Below, one piece after another: positions 1 through 11,044 of a stretch of 26,876 nt of DNA (position 1 is the stretch's first letter; each line of letters begins with the position of its first letter). This DNA is from Octopus sinensis (Eukaryota). The position numbers and the translations under genes are program-made. The DNA is taken from contig NW_021834060.1 in assembly GCF_006345805.1 (NCBI RefSeq), positions 1 through 26,876 of the forward strand, given 5' to 3'. Under the pieces are notes generated by a model. The model had not been told where the DNA came from. It was given only the letters and a program-made list of their open reading frames with translations, and ran no database searches.

Positions 1-160
1 TTTAACGTTCTTCCTACAGGTAATATATCGATGATATCAAGACATTGCAACCGTGCCCATCCAGTTATATTACTCCAGTTGTTCGTTTGTGCAAACAAGA
101 CATTAACTACAATTTTTTGTTTTTGCTTTTCGTACCAAAGAAAAAAAAAAGAAAAAAATA

Positions 161-570
161 GGCGCAGGAGTGGCTGTGTGGTGAGTAGCTTGTTTACCAA
201 CCACATGGTTCCGGGTTCAGTCCCACTGCGTGGCCCTTGGCAAGTGTCTTCTGCTATAGCCTCGGGCCGACCAAAGCCTTGTGAGTGGATTTGGTAGACG
301 GAAACTGAAAGAAGCCCGTCGTATATAGTACTATATATATATGCGTATGTGTGTTTGGGTGTTCTGTGTTTGTCCCCCTAGCATTGCTTGACAACCGATG
401 CTTGGTGCGTTTATGTCCCCGTTACTTAGGCGGTTCGGCAAAAGAGACCGATAATAAGTACTGGGCTTACAAAAGAATAAGTCCCGGGGTCGAGTTGCTC
501 GATTTAAGGCGGTGCTCCAGCATGGCCGCAGTCAAATGACAGAAACAAGTAAAAGAGTAAAAAAGAGTAA
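161..570 (+). mobile_element. tRNA-derived CORE-type SINE, family A (full length)
   Basis: GGCGCAGGAGTGGCTGTGTGG A-box head and GGTTCAGTCCC B-box. Has a CORE-like segment (CCTTGGCAAGTG), an internal TA/TG microsatellite and an (AAAAGAGT)n tail. Eight related copies occur in the window. Confidence 0.9.
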
Positions 571-698
571 GCAAAATATTATGGTTTGAGTTAGAGGATA
601 TTTGGTTGCTATTTCTAACAGGTCGATCGACCTCTCAGAAATCTTCTCATTTACGACGATAGCAATGGAGATGGAATGAATGAAACAATGAGGGGGTT

Positions 699-1825
699 CC
701 TTTCTGCTCTAGGCACAAGGCCTGAAATTTTAGGGGAGGGAGGGAGCAGTCGATTAGATCAACCCCAGTACGCAACTAGTACTTATTTAATCGACCCCGA
801 AAGAATGAAAGGCAAAGTCGACCTCGGCGGAATTTGAACTCAGAACGTAGTGGCAGACGAAATACCTATTTCTTTACTACCGACTAGGGGCTAAACACAG
901 AGAGGACAAACAAGGACAGACAAACGGATTAAGTCGATTATATCGACCCCAGTGCGTAACTGGTACTTATTTATATCGACCCCGAAAGAATGAAAGGCAA
1001 AGTCGACCTCGGCGGAATTTGAACTCAGAACGTAGTGTCAGACGAAACCTATTTCTTTACTACCCACAAGGGGCTAAACACAGAGAGGACAAACAAGGAC
1101 AGACAAACGGATTAAGTCGATTAAATCGACCCCAGTGCGTAACTGGTACTTATTTAATCGACCCCGAAAGAATGAAAGGCAAAGTCGACCTCGGCGGAAT
1201 TTGACTACAGACGTAGTGGCAGACGAAATACCTATTTCTTTACTACCCACAAGGGGCTAAACACAGAGAGGACAACAAGGACAGACAACGGATTAAGTCG
1301 ATTAAATCGACCCCAGTGCGTAACTGGTACTTATTTAATCGACCCCCGAAGAATGAAAGGCAAAGTCGAACTCGGCGGAATTTGAACTCAGAACGTAGTG
1401 GCAGACGAAATACCTATTTCTTTACTACCCGCAAGGGCTAACACAGAGAGGACAAACAAGGACAGATAAACGGATTAGTCGATTAAATCGACCCCAGTGC
1501 GTAACTGGTACTTATTTAATCGACCCCGAAAGAATGAAAGGCAAAGTCGACCTCGGCGGAATTTGAACTCAGAACGTAGTGGCAGACGAAATACCTATTT
1601 CTTTACTACCCACAAGGGGCTAAACACAGAGAGGACAAACAAGGACAGACAAACGGATTAAGTCGATTAAATCGACCCCAGTGCGTAACTGGTACTTATT
1701 TAATCGACCCCGAAAGAATGAAAGGCAAAGTCGACCTCGGCGGAATTTGAACTCAGAACGTAGCGCCAGACGAAATACCGCTAAGCATTTTGCCCGGCGT
1801 GCTAACGACTCTGCCAGCTCGCCGC
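699..1825 (-). mobile_element. SINE family B with about 183-bp internal unit amplified to six cores
   Basis: tRNA-like head at 1825 (GCGGCGAGCTGGCAGA on the minus strand). B-box-containing cores recur at about 830, 1015, 1197, 1378, 1559 and 1743. Tail lies at 699-760. Confidence 0.9.
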
Positions 1826-1864
1826 TTTAAGGCTTCGGGCTATTATAACATAACTGGCACTCCA

Positions 1865-1943
1865 TCTTGCTCAAGGGCCGCCGGGAATCGAACTCATGGC
1901 TTTGTGATAGCGAGCCCCCTAACCATAAAGCCTCATGCCTTCA
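1865..1943 (-). mobile_element. Degenerate tRNA-like SINE head fragment
   Basis: GGGAATCGAACTC (reverse B-box) and TAACCA...GCCTTCAC; similar to 16790-16855. Confidence 0.5.
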
Positions 1944-2704
1944 CGTGACCTAGACGAGAAAGAATAACGCAGGATGCATTGGAAGATGGGATGGTCACAG
2001 ATGGAAAACCTTCTATGAAAGATATACTCAGTGAAGGCTGAGGCTGAAGCTAGAACCACGACAACAACAACAATTATAACAACAACAATAATCACATCAA
2101 CGAGAAAATAAACAACAGCAGCAGCAACAACAACAACAACATTTATAGATTTATAAAATGAATTTTTTTGTTTTTTGTCCAATTATAGAGGTTTTCAAAA
2201 AAATAAAAAAATTATATTATCGCCATATTGCATTTTAATATCAATAATTAGATTGTGTAAATTGGAAATGAAGACAATTTATCGATTTGCAAAGAAGATA
2301 CGAGAACCAGGATTGGAAAACCAAAAAAAAAAAAAGAAAAAGAAATGAAATTAGATTTAATTCTCCTCCCCTCCCGCCCCTACAAATTGGCACAGTGACA
2401 TAAATTTCCTGGAAGTAGGGGGAATGGTGAGGTGGACGAGAGGGGCGGGATGGTGGCGGTGGCGGTGGAGGTGGTGTTGGTGGTGGGAAAGAAATTAATC
2501 TGAAGGAATTTGGAATTAGCTATTAATGGTTCTGGTTGTTATATTTGATTTGAAGACCGAAGAAATTAAGAGCTGTTTAGCAGAACAAGGTGTTTGGCAG
2601 AAGCTGTGGTTTCCAACCGAATTGCATATATGGGTCCCTTGGGGACCCATATGAGATTTCGTTTCTTATTAAAATTACCCCTGCAATATAACTGGTTATA
2701 CTTC

Positions 2705-3104
2705 TACTCTTTTACTCTTTTACTTGTTTCAGTCATTTGACTGCGGCCATGCTGGAGCACCACCTTTAGTCGAGCTAATCGACCCCGGGACTTATTCTTT
2801 TGTAAGCCCAGTACTTATTCTATCGGTCTCTTTTGCCGAACCGCTGGGTGACGGGAACGTAAACACACCAGCATCGGTTGTCAAGCAATGCTAGGGGGAC
2901 AAACACAGACACACAAACTCCCCCCCCACACACATATATATATACATATATACGACAGGCTTCTTTCAGTTTCCGTCTACCAAATCCACTCACAAGGCTT
3001 TGGTCGGCCCGGGGCTATAGCAGAAGACACTTGCCCAAGATGCCACTCAGTGGGACTGAACCCGGAACCATGTGGTTGGTTAGCAAGCTACTTACCACAC
3101 AGCC
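2705..3104 (-). mobile_element. SINE family A (about 12 bp missing at the 5' end)
   Basis: Reverse complement of 161-570, with a (TACTCTTT)n tail at 2705. Confidence 0.9.
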
Positions 3105-3268
3105 TATTCTAGGGTACAATACACAAAATATCAACAGAATCCCTGTCAATACAACACATATAACCTCGCCTTCCTTTCTCTCTCTGAGCATATTTAGAAA
3201 TAAACGGTCGTTTTCGTTTGACATAGTTTTCATTGCATCAGCATGAACAATGTCAAATAAGCCATCCA

Positions 3269-3686
3269 GGCGCAGGAGTGGCTGTGTGGTAAGTAGCTTG
3301 TTTACCAACCACAAGGTTCTGGGTTCAGTCCCACTGCGTGGCACCTTGGGCAAGTGTCTTCTACTATAGCCTCGGGCCGACCAATGCCTTGTGAGTGGAT
3401 TTGGTAGACGGAAACTGAAAGAAGCCGCGTATATATGTATATATATCTAGTGTGTGTGTGGTGTGTGTGTGTTTGTGTGTCTGTGTTTGTCCCCTAGCAT
3501 GCTTGACAACCGATGCTGGTGTGTTTATGTCCCCGTCACTTAGCGGTTCGGCAAAAAGAGACTGATAGAATAAGTACTGGGCTTACAAAGAATAAGTCCG
3601 GGGTCGACTTGCTCGACTAAAGGCGGTGCTCCAGCATGGCCGCAGTCAAATGACTGAAACAAGTAAAAAAAAAGAAAAAAAAAGAA
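3269..3686 (+). mobile_element. SINE family A
   Basis: Full head, body and A-rich tail matching 161-570. Confidence 0.9.
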
Positions 3687-3843
3687 TAGCAATCCTTAAA
3701 TTTGGTTTCATTTGCAATTTGACTTTGAATTCTCCTTGATTTTGTTTCTTGAAGTGATCTTCAAACGTTCAAACGTTTTTCGAATCTTGGTAAACACACG
3801 ATGTTTGTCCCAGATTGGTATCTTAGTCTTGTCCCAAATCTCA

Positions 3844-4042
3844 TTTACTCTTACTCTTTTACTTGTTTCAGTCTTTGACTCCGGCCATGCTGGAGCACCA
3901 CTTTAGTCGAGCAAATCGACCCCGGGACTTATTCTTGTAAGCCCAGTACTTATCTAGCGGTCTCTTTTTGCCGAACGCTAGGTGACGGGGACGTAAACAC
4001 ACCAGCCATCGGTTGTCAAGCACACACACACGTACACACACA

Positions 4043-4075
<33 letters not shown>

Positions 4076-4246
4076 CATATATACGACAGGCTTCTTTCAG
4101 TTTCCGTCTACCAAATCCACTCACAAGGCATTGGTCGGCCCGGGGCTATAGCAGAAGACACTTGCCCAATGTGCCACGCAGTGGGACTGAACCCGTAACC
4201 ATGTGGTTGGTAAGCAAGCTACTTACCACACAGCCACTCCTGCACC
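3844..4246 (-). mobile_element. SINE family A
   Basis: Full-length reverse copy; TTTA is present at both junctions. Confidence 0.9.
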
Positions 4247-4374
4247 TTTATTTCTGAATGCAAAACATCTTACGCTTCCTTCACTGTTTTCTTATCACTC
4301 CTGAGATAGAAAATGCGTCGTAGTACATCTCCAAAAGATGGGATCTTTTTTCACCCCTAATCTTTTCAATCATA

Positions 4375-4405
4375 CACGGTGACCCAAAAGTAGGTTTACA
4401 GTTAT
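4375..4405. mobile_element. Possible Tc1/mariner-type terminal repeat fragment
   Basis: TA|CACGGTGACCCAAAAGTAGGTTTACAGTT resembles TA-CAGGGTG-type termini; no clear partner end found. Confidence 0.35.
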
Positions 4406-4578
4406 TCAATTATCTCTTTCGCATTCATATATTAACAGTTTAGATCTTAATTATAAAAAAAATATGAAACCATTATTCTATTCTAATTTAGTTAATTGTA
4501 AGATAATAACAACAACAATAATATAAGTGGTTGCAGGCCTAAAACAGCATTATATAGCTATATATACTGTATACTCAA

Positions 4579-4979
4579 CTAGCAGTATCGCCCGGCGTTG
4601 CTCGGGTTTGTAAGGGAAATAACTATATAAGCATTTTTAGAGATGTAAAGTATAATAGCCATCTCAATATGGCTAACCACAAAGGGGGGGGGGTCGGTAC
4701 TGTAGCATTTTACGTTCTGAGATTTAATAATAAATTTTAGAGAGTTACTTCCTTATATATGCCAAAAAAATGCATTAAAAATGGGAAAAATTGATGGTAA
4801 ATTTTTTTTAAAATCGTAGGACTCATCGTAGACGCGCGCTAATAACCAGAAGGGCTCGATATGAATCACGAGTATAAGATACCCGGTTTTGGTTAAACTG
4901 CACCGCAAAATGTGGGAGTAGTTAGGAATCTAAATCGTAGGAGACAGACAGCACACAACCTCACTTTTATATATAAAGA
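4579..4979 (-). mobile_element. Non-autonomous Helitron
   Basis: Minus strand has 5' TCTTTATATATAAAAG, 3' hairpin CCCGAGCAACGCCGGG, then CTAG. Inserted between A and T with no TSD. Confidence 0.85.
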
Positions 4980-5001
4980 TGTATGTGTCTGACTTGCTCA
5001 C

Positions 5002-5062
5002 CGGTTCGCTGCGGTATAGCGCTTTGTGGATGGCTCCCTCATAGCACTGGGTGTTAACACAT
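5002..5062 (-). CDS. Candidate 61-bp internal exon of an unidentified gene
   Basis: Acceptor ctcacctgtctgtcactttcag and donor G|GTGAGC, in unique GC-richer sequence. Two open frames: CVNTQCYEGAIHKALYRSEP or VLTPSAMREPSTKRYTAAN. Confidence 0.4.
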
Positions 5063-5338
5063 CTGAAAGTGACAGACAGGTGAGACAGATCGCTTCCAAT
5101 CACAGTCAAGAATGATGGACAATGATATCTTGCCATTTTTGTTGCTTATCAACATCATGTACTTATATTGAACCAGGGATGAACCATATTGCCTGACTCC
5201 GACTATGCAGATACAATGTATGAACCATTTTCTGATGTGCCGCAGCGATGAATATGTAAGATTAATTTCAATTACAATTATCGACCGCGCATACTCAATG
5301 TATAAATGTATATATATATATATAAATATATATATATA

Positions 5339-5545
5339 TAGGGAGAGTTTACGAAAAAAACAAAAGGCGAAGACAGGTGGTGCACAAAACAAACAGATGA
5401 TAGTATAGTATAATGCTCAGGATAGAAAAAGTCTTTTACGTTTCGAGCCTACGCTCTCTACAGAAAGGGACTCAGAAAAAACAAGGAGAGAAACAAGAAG
5501 AGAAGAGAAAAAAAATGTGGTCTGTGGCTAAACTCTATCATGGCG
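5339..5545 (-). mobile_element. Penelope-like pLTR-type fragment, copy 1
   Basis: Similar to 5779-5965, flanked by microsatellites, and carries a hammerhead-like motif at 5433-5467. Confidence 0.55.
5433..5467 (-). ncRNA. Minimal type I hammerhead-ribozyme-like motif (variant core)
   Basis: CUUU-CUGUAGA-GAGC GUAG GCUC-GAAA-CGU-A-AAAG: stem I, variant core, 4-bp stem II and palindromic ACGU stem III. Confidence 0.5.
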
Positions 5546-5550
5546 TCTGA

Positions 5551-5553
5551 TAG

Positions 5554-5607
<54 letters not shown>

Positions 5608-5631
5608 ATATCTATCTATCTATCTATCTAT

Positions 5632-5709
<78 letters not shown>

Positions 5710-5776
5710 GATATATATATTTATATATATTATATATATATATATATATTAAATATATATTATATATATAATATAT
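5551..5776. repeat. (TATC)n followed by (TA)n microsatellite
   Basis: Direct reading. Confidence 0.95.
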
Positions 5777-5778
5777 CC

Positions 5779-5965
5779 TGAGAATTTACAAAAAAAGAAA
5801 AAGACGAAGACGGGTGTGTAATCAACAAACAGGTGTATTAGTTTAACGCTCAGGGAAGTGAGAAAGTCTTTTACGTTTCAAGCCTACACTCTTCAACGGA
5901 AAGTGACACAGAGATAAACAGGGAGAGAAAATAGAAAAAGGTATAGTGGCTAGCGATCTATGGCA
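5779..5965 (-). mobile_element. Penelope-like pLTR-type fragment, copy 2
   Basis: Shares GAGAATTTAC..AAAAGACGAAGAC, GTCTTTTACGTTTC and GTGGCTA with copy 1. Confidence 0.55.
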
Positions 5966-6169
5966 AATATTTATCTCCTATAAATAACCAACCACAAGCA
6001 ACCATCTTCATCATCACCATCACCACGAAGACGACCAGTCCACCACCACTACCACCACCACCACTACCACCGTCGCCGCCGCCATCTGCATTTGAGTTTT
6101 TTTCAGTCGACTCAATCCAGTGTGATGTTGAGAAATGTCATTGACAGTCTTTATGTGCCGACACAAAGT

Positions 6170-6528
6170 GCGGTGTGTGTGTATGTATTTGTAAGTGTGT
6201 GCGTGTGTATGCATTTGTAAGTGTGTGTGTGTGTGAGTGTGAGTGTGAGTGTGTGTGTGGTGTGTGTGTGGATCTGAGTTCATTTGCTTATTTTTAAAGT
6301 TTGTGAATGCGATTATGTCTAAATACACGTATTTACTTCTATATTATACATAAATATATATATAAACGTATATATATATAAGTTTATACACACACATATT
6401 TATATGTGTCTGTATATGCATAAGTATTTGTATGTATGTATGTATGTATGTATATATGTATGTATGTAAGAATGTATGTGTGTACGTATATGTATGCATG
6501 TATATATGTATGTATGTATGTATATATG

Positions 6529-6562
<34 letters not shown>

Positions 6563-6885
6563 TGTATGTATGTATGTATGTATCCATCTATTTCTCTTCC
6601 TATCTTTATATATATATATCACGTCTATGCGCATAACTATACGTGTGCCTGAATACACACACACACACACAAACACACAAACACACACAAACACATACAC
6701 ACACACATACACAGAGAGGCACACATATGAATCTATAAATATTTAAGTATAAAACGTGTATTTATTTAATCACGCGAACACGCAAACCTTTTGGACACAC
6801 ACAAAAACACCGCACAGACAGACACTCAGACGATACACATAGGTAATCGCACACACACACACACCACACACACGTACATATACAC
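6170..6885. repeat. Mixed (TG)n/(TATG)n/(CA)n microsatellites
   Basis: Direct reading. Confidence 0.9.
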
Positions 6886-7012
6886 GTACGTTTTGAGACT
6901 GACTCCATTGATACGATCGGTTATTGAACTTCTCCAGTAATTCTCTTTCACATCAGTCCGTCGATTCACTCTTCTTAATGTTGCTACCACAAATTGTTAT
7001 TATTATTGTTAT

Positions 7013-7943
7013 TATGTATGTATGTATGTGTGTATGTATGTATGTATGTATGTATGTATGTATGTATGTGTATCTATATTTATATATGTACATGTATATG
7101 TATGTATATATGTATGTATGTATATGTATATAGTACGTATGTATGTATGTATGTACGTATTATGTATGTATGTATGTATGTATGTATGTATGTATGTATG
7201 TATGTATGTATGTATGTGTGTGTATGTGTGTATGTATGGATGTATGTATGTATGTTGTTGTATGTGTGTGTGTATGTATGTATGTAGTATTGTATGTTGT
7301 GTGTTATGTATGTATGTATGTATGTGTGTGTATGTATGTTGTATGTATGGTGTTGTATGTATTGTGTATGTGTGTAGGTATGTATGTATGTATGTATGTA
7401 TGTATGTATGGTGGGTGTATGTGGTATGTAGTATGTATTTATGTATATATGTATGTATGTATGTATGTAATATAGGTAGTATGTATATATGTATGTATGT
7501 ATGTATGTATTGTATATGTATGTATGTGTGTGTATGTATGTATGATGATATGTGTGTATGTATGATGTGTGTATGTGTGTGTGTATGTATGTATGTATGT
7601 ATGTATGTGATGTATGTATGTGTGTATGTATGTATGTATGGTGTATGTATGCATGTATGTATGTATATATATATATATATGTACATGTATATGTATGTAT
7701 GTATATGATATAGTACGTATGTATATATGTATGTATGTATGTGTGTATATGTGTGTATGTATGTATGTATGTATGTATGTGTGTATGTATGTATGTATGT
7801 ATGTGTGTATGTATGTATGTATGCATGTATGTATGTATGTATGTATGTATGTATGTGTGTGTGTATGTATGCATGCATGTATGTATGTATGTATGTATGT
7901 ATGTATGTATGTATGTATGTGTGTATGTATGTATGTATGTATG
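7013..7943. repeat. Long imperfect (TATG)n tract
   Basis: Direct reading; source of the MYVC/HTYI pseudo-ORFs. Confidence 0.95.
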
Positions 7944-8090
7944 TGCAGATTTGTATGTTTTGTTTTATGTATGTATTCTTATGTATGTAGTTACATATCT
8001 AGACATGCTCATATATATTTAGATGACAAACCTCTGGAAAGTTTTACAGATTTTCACAGTTCCAGTGATGGATTGGATCTGTGGTCTTCG
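7940..8090. repeat. Dispersed repeat associated with (TATG)n
   Basis: TGTGCAGATTT...TCTAGACAT..CATATATATTT is shared with 15408-15488. Confidence 0.65.
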
Positions 8091-8112
8091 TATACGTATG
8101 TATGTAATAAAT

Positions 8113-8142
8113 GTCTATCTATGAATCTATCTATATATTTAC

Positions 8143-8212
<70 letters not shown>

Positions 8213-8275
8213 GTATATCTATCTATCTATCTATCTATCTATCATCTATCTATCTATCTATTATCTATCTATCTG

Positions 8276-8342
<67 letters not shown>

Positions 8343-8589
8343 ATTATCTACTATCTATCTTTTTTTCATTTCTCTTTCTTTCTTTGTTCCATTTCCTTTT
8401 TATTTAATTTTTATCTATGTTTTTTCCCTTTTACGATCCCTTTTGATCGAAAACCTACGCTACCTTTTTTTGTGTCCTTGTGTGTTGTTTTTTTTTGTTT
8501 TTTTTCATCCCCCAAAAGAAAAGCTCTACCTTGTAACTTGTCCCATCTGTGTGCAGCCTCTGTGGCCATAAAGAAAACTTATCTATCTG

Positions 8590-8671
<82 letters not shown>

Positions 8672-8725
8672 GTCTACCTATCTATCTGTCTACCTATCTA
8701 TCTGTCTGTCTATTTATCTACCTAC
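8113..8725 (+). mobile_element. (TATC)n tract containing a short LINE-3'-end-like insert (about 8361-8579)
   Basis: Insert shares CCTTTTACGATCCCTTTTGATCGAAAACC and AAAAGCTCTACCTTGTAA...TGTGCAGCC with 24760-24880. Confidence 0.65.
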
Positions 8726-9029
8726 ATACGAGTGAGTAGGCTTCCTGTAGTTTCCTTTCAGTAATCTAAAACCCGAAAGAGACATGCTTCTGTTAGTGGC
8801 TCGCGAAACTTTAAGTCGCGTTGAGCCAAATCAAACTGTTCTGAATAGCACACGCGCACACGCACACACACACACATACACAGGATATAACAGCTTCTTA
8901 AAACTAATGACTAATTACTCTGGCTAATGAATATTTTTAATTGATTAACCAGAGGTGAAAGTCCACGGATGATATATTAACTCTAAGTCTGCCTCCCAAT
9001 AACAGCAACGGTCTGGTACCTAGGAAGAG

Positions 9030-9145
9030 TTTCCGTACAGTTTCCATTTATGAAATTTCGCTCACAATGCTTGGGTCGAACCGCGACTTTTATAGAGGGC
9101 GATTGTCGAATGTGCTTCGCAGTCGAATTGAAATCCGTTATGTCT
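9030..9145 (-). mobile_element. Highly degenerate SINE family A fragment
   Basis: CAGTTTCC..AAATTTCGCTCACAATGCTTGGGTCG aligns loosely to the family A reverse strand. A possible head remnant lies at about 10405-10455. Confidence 0.45.
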
Positions 9146-9910
9146 TAAATGCATTGTTATTACCAGTTGAATTGTGCTTGTGGCACGCTTGGATTAATAA
9201 ACAGGCCGTTCGCTGCGTTTTGTCATGGAGAAAATTTCTCGCTGTTCACAATGGTCTTTATATACGAAGTTAGTGGAGGCGCAATGGCCCAGTGCTTAAG
9301 GCAGCGGACTCGCGGTCATAGGATCGCGGTTTCGATTCCCAGACCGGGCGTTGTGAGTGTTTATTGAGCGAAAACACCTAAAAGCCCCACGAGGCTCCGG
9401 CAGGGGATGGTGGTGATCCCTGCTGTACTCTTTCACCACAACTTTCTCTCACTCTTACTTCCTGTTTCTGTTGTACCTGTATTTCAAGGGGCCGGCCTTG
9501 TCACTGTCTGTGTCACGCTGAATATCCCCGAGAACTACGTTAAGGGTACACGTGTCTGTGGAGTGTTCAGCCACTTACACGTTAATTTCACGAGCGGGCT
9601 GTTCTGTTGATTCGGATCAACCGGAACCCTCGTCGTCGTAACCGACGGAGTGCTTCCATCCAATATACGTAGATCAGTAAATACATCTAGATCACACTCT
9701 TTCATCAGTTCGCAGTACCCTCTGTACCAGTGTCTGCGACTGAAGAGGAGGTAACTACTCCGAAATGCTGCATCTCACAGTCTGGAAATGTTACTGTATT
9801 CACACCATTGTAAACATCGAGAAATGTTCTCCATGACAAAACGCAGTGAATGGCTTGTTTATTAGTCCAAGCGTGCCTCAAGCACATTGGACCTGATAAT
9901 ATTGCATTTA
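9146..9910. mobile_element. Old MITE-like element with about 110-bp inverted repeats
   Basis: 9146-9255 is a diverged reverse complement of 9804-9910, with TAAATGCA...TGCATTTA ends. Confidence 0.65.
9273..9662 (+). mobile_element. tRNA-derived SINE, family C
   Basis: GTGGAGGCGCAATGGCCCAGTG head, TTCGATTCCC B-box and 3' CGTCGTAACCGACGGAGTGC; three copies in the window. Confidence 0.88.
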
Positions 9911-10071
9911 GGCGCAGGAGTGGCTGTGTGGTAAGTAGCTTGCTTACAAACCACATGGTTTCAGGTTCAGTTCCACTGCGTGGCACCTTGGCCAAGTGTC
10001 TTCTACTATAGACTCGGGCCGACCAAAGCCTTGTGAGTGGATTTGGCAGACGGAAACTCAAAGAAGCCTGT

Positions 10072-10121
<50 letters not shown>

Positions 10122-10370
10122 TATATGTATGTATGTATGTATATGGATATGCGTGTGTATGTCTTTGTGTGTGTGTTGGTTCCCCACCATCGCTTGATAA
10201 CCGATGCTCGTGTGTTTACGTCCCCGTAACTTGGCGGTTCGGCAAAAAGAGACCAATAGAATAAGTATTAGACTTAAAAAAAAAGTCCTGGGGTTGATTT
10301 GTTCTACTAAAGGCTGTGCTCCAGCATGGCCGTAGTCAAGTAACCGAAACAAATAAAAGAATAAAAGAAT
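9911..10370 (+). mobile_element. SINE family A (older subfamily)
   Basis: Full head and body, internal (TA)n, (AAAAGAAT)n tail. Confidence 0.88.
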
Positions 10371-10846
10371 TTAAAATATGCACATCACTGCCCAGCGCTC
10401 CTTACGTGTCAGTTGCGAAGCGAACTTCTTCTTAACCATACAACCATATCTGCGCATGCCCAACAGTATTTTTCTAGTTGGTGCGATATGTTTTCGCGGG
10501 TTACGCTTTCGATAGCCTGGACTACGGAATGGCAGGAGATCGAAGACGGCAATCGATATCTTTCACATTACGAAACAAATTGCGAAATTTATAAATTTAT
10601 GATGCTCCAGAAAAAGAAATACGAAAATTTATGACACGTGTAATTGTCACGTGAGCCGCAACTGCTTTGTTAATTCCGTTTGAGGTTGAGATGATGTCTA
10701 GTGAGTGGGGGGGGGGGCTGATTGATCTCATTAAAGAATTTAATTCCGTTGATGATCACAGGGATGTTCGATAATTGCAATTTCAAATGGAGAGAGTAAT
10801 TACCAACTTCAAACAAGGATCATCGGTGCAATAAAACAACAACTGG

Positions 10847-10926
10847 AAGAAGAAGAAGGTGAAGAAGAAGAAGAAGAAGAAGGAGAAGAAGGAGAAGAAG
10901 AAGAAGAAGAAGAAGAGAGAGAGAGA
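10847..10926. repeat. (GAA)n/(GA)n microsatellite
   Basis: Direct reading. Confidence 0.9.
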
Positions 10927-11044
10927 GGGGTGTGGAGGTGCGGGGGCGAATGTAAGAAGAGGTTTTACATGGTTTTTTTGGCACAGTAACTGGACTGTTG
11001 ATGTCGCTGACTTCGTGACACACTGAAAGATCAAAGAGAAACTT

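Larger units (their letters stand above)
3110..4373 (-). pseudogene. Fossil DNA-transposase N-terminal fragment (Cc8K15.2/Cc8L18.2-like, possibly hATm) split by two SINEs
   Basis: Segments 4247-4373, 3688-3843 and 3110-3268 join in frame across both SINE junctions: KIPSFGDVLRRIFYL...EINEIWDKTKIP...KFKDCLDGLFDIVHADA...DRLFL/QREKGRRGYMCCID. Contains one stop and about three frameshifts. Family assignment is from recalled motifs. Confidence 0.7.

Noticed and set aside
161-240. tRNA genes at SINE heads (also 9273 and 21645)
   Set aside because: A/B boxes are present, but no full cloverleaf is evident and each continues into a SINE body.
6107-6172. 66-bp plus-strand exon after ttttttcag
   Set aside because: The donor is just the start of a (GT)n tract, and the peptide is unrecognisable.
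6344-8764. Long ORFs (MYVC/HTYI/YLSI repeats)
   Set aside because: Translations of (TATG)n/(TATC)n, which lack stop codons.
9705-10352. 215-aa minus-strand ORF
   Set aside because: Antisense reading of a SINE plus (TA)n; the same peptide recurs at other SINE copies.
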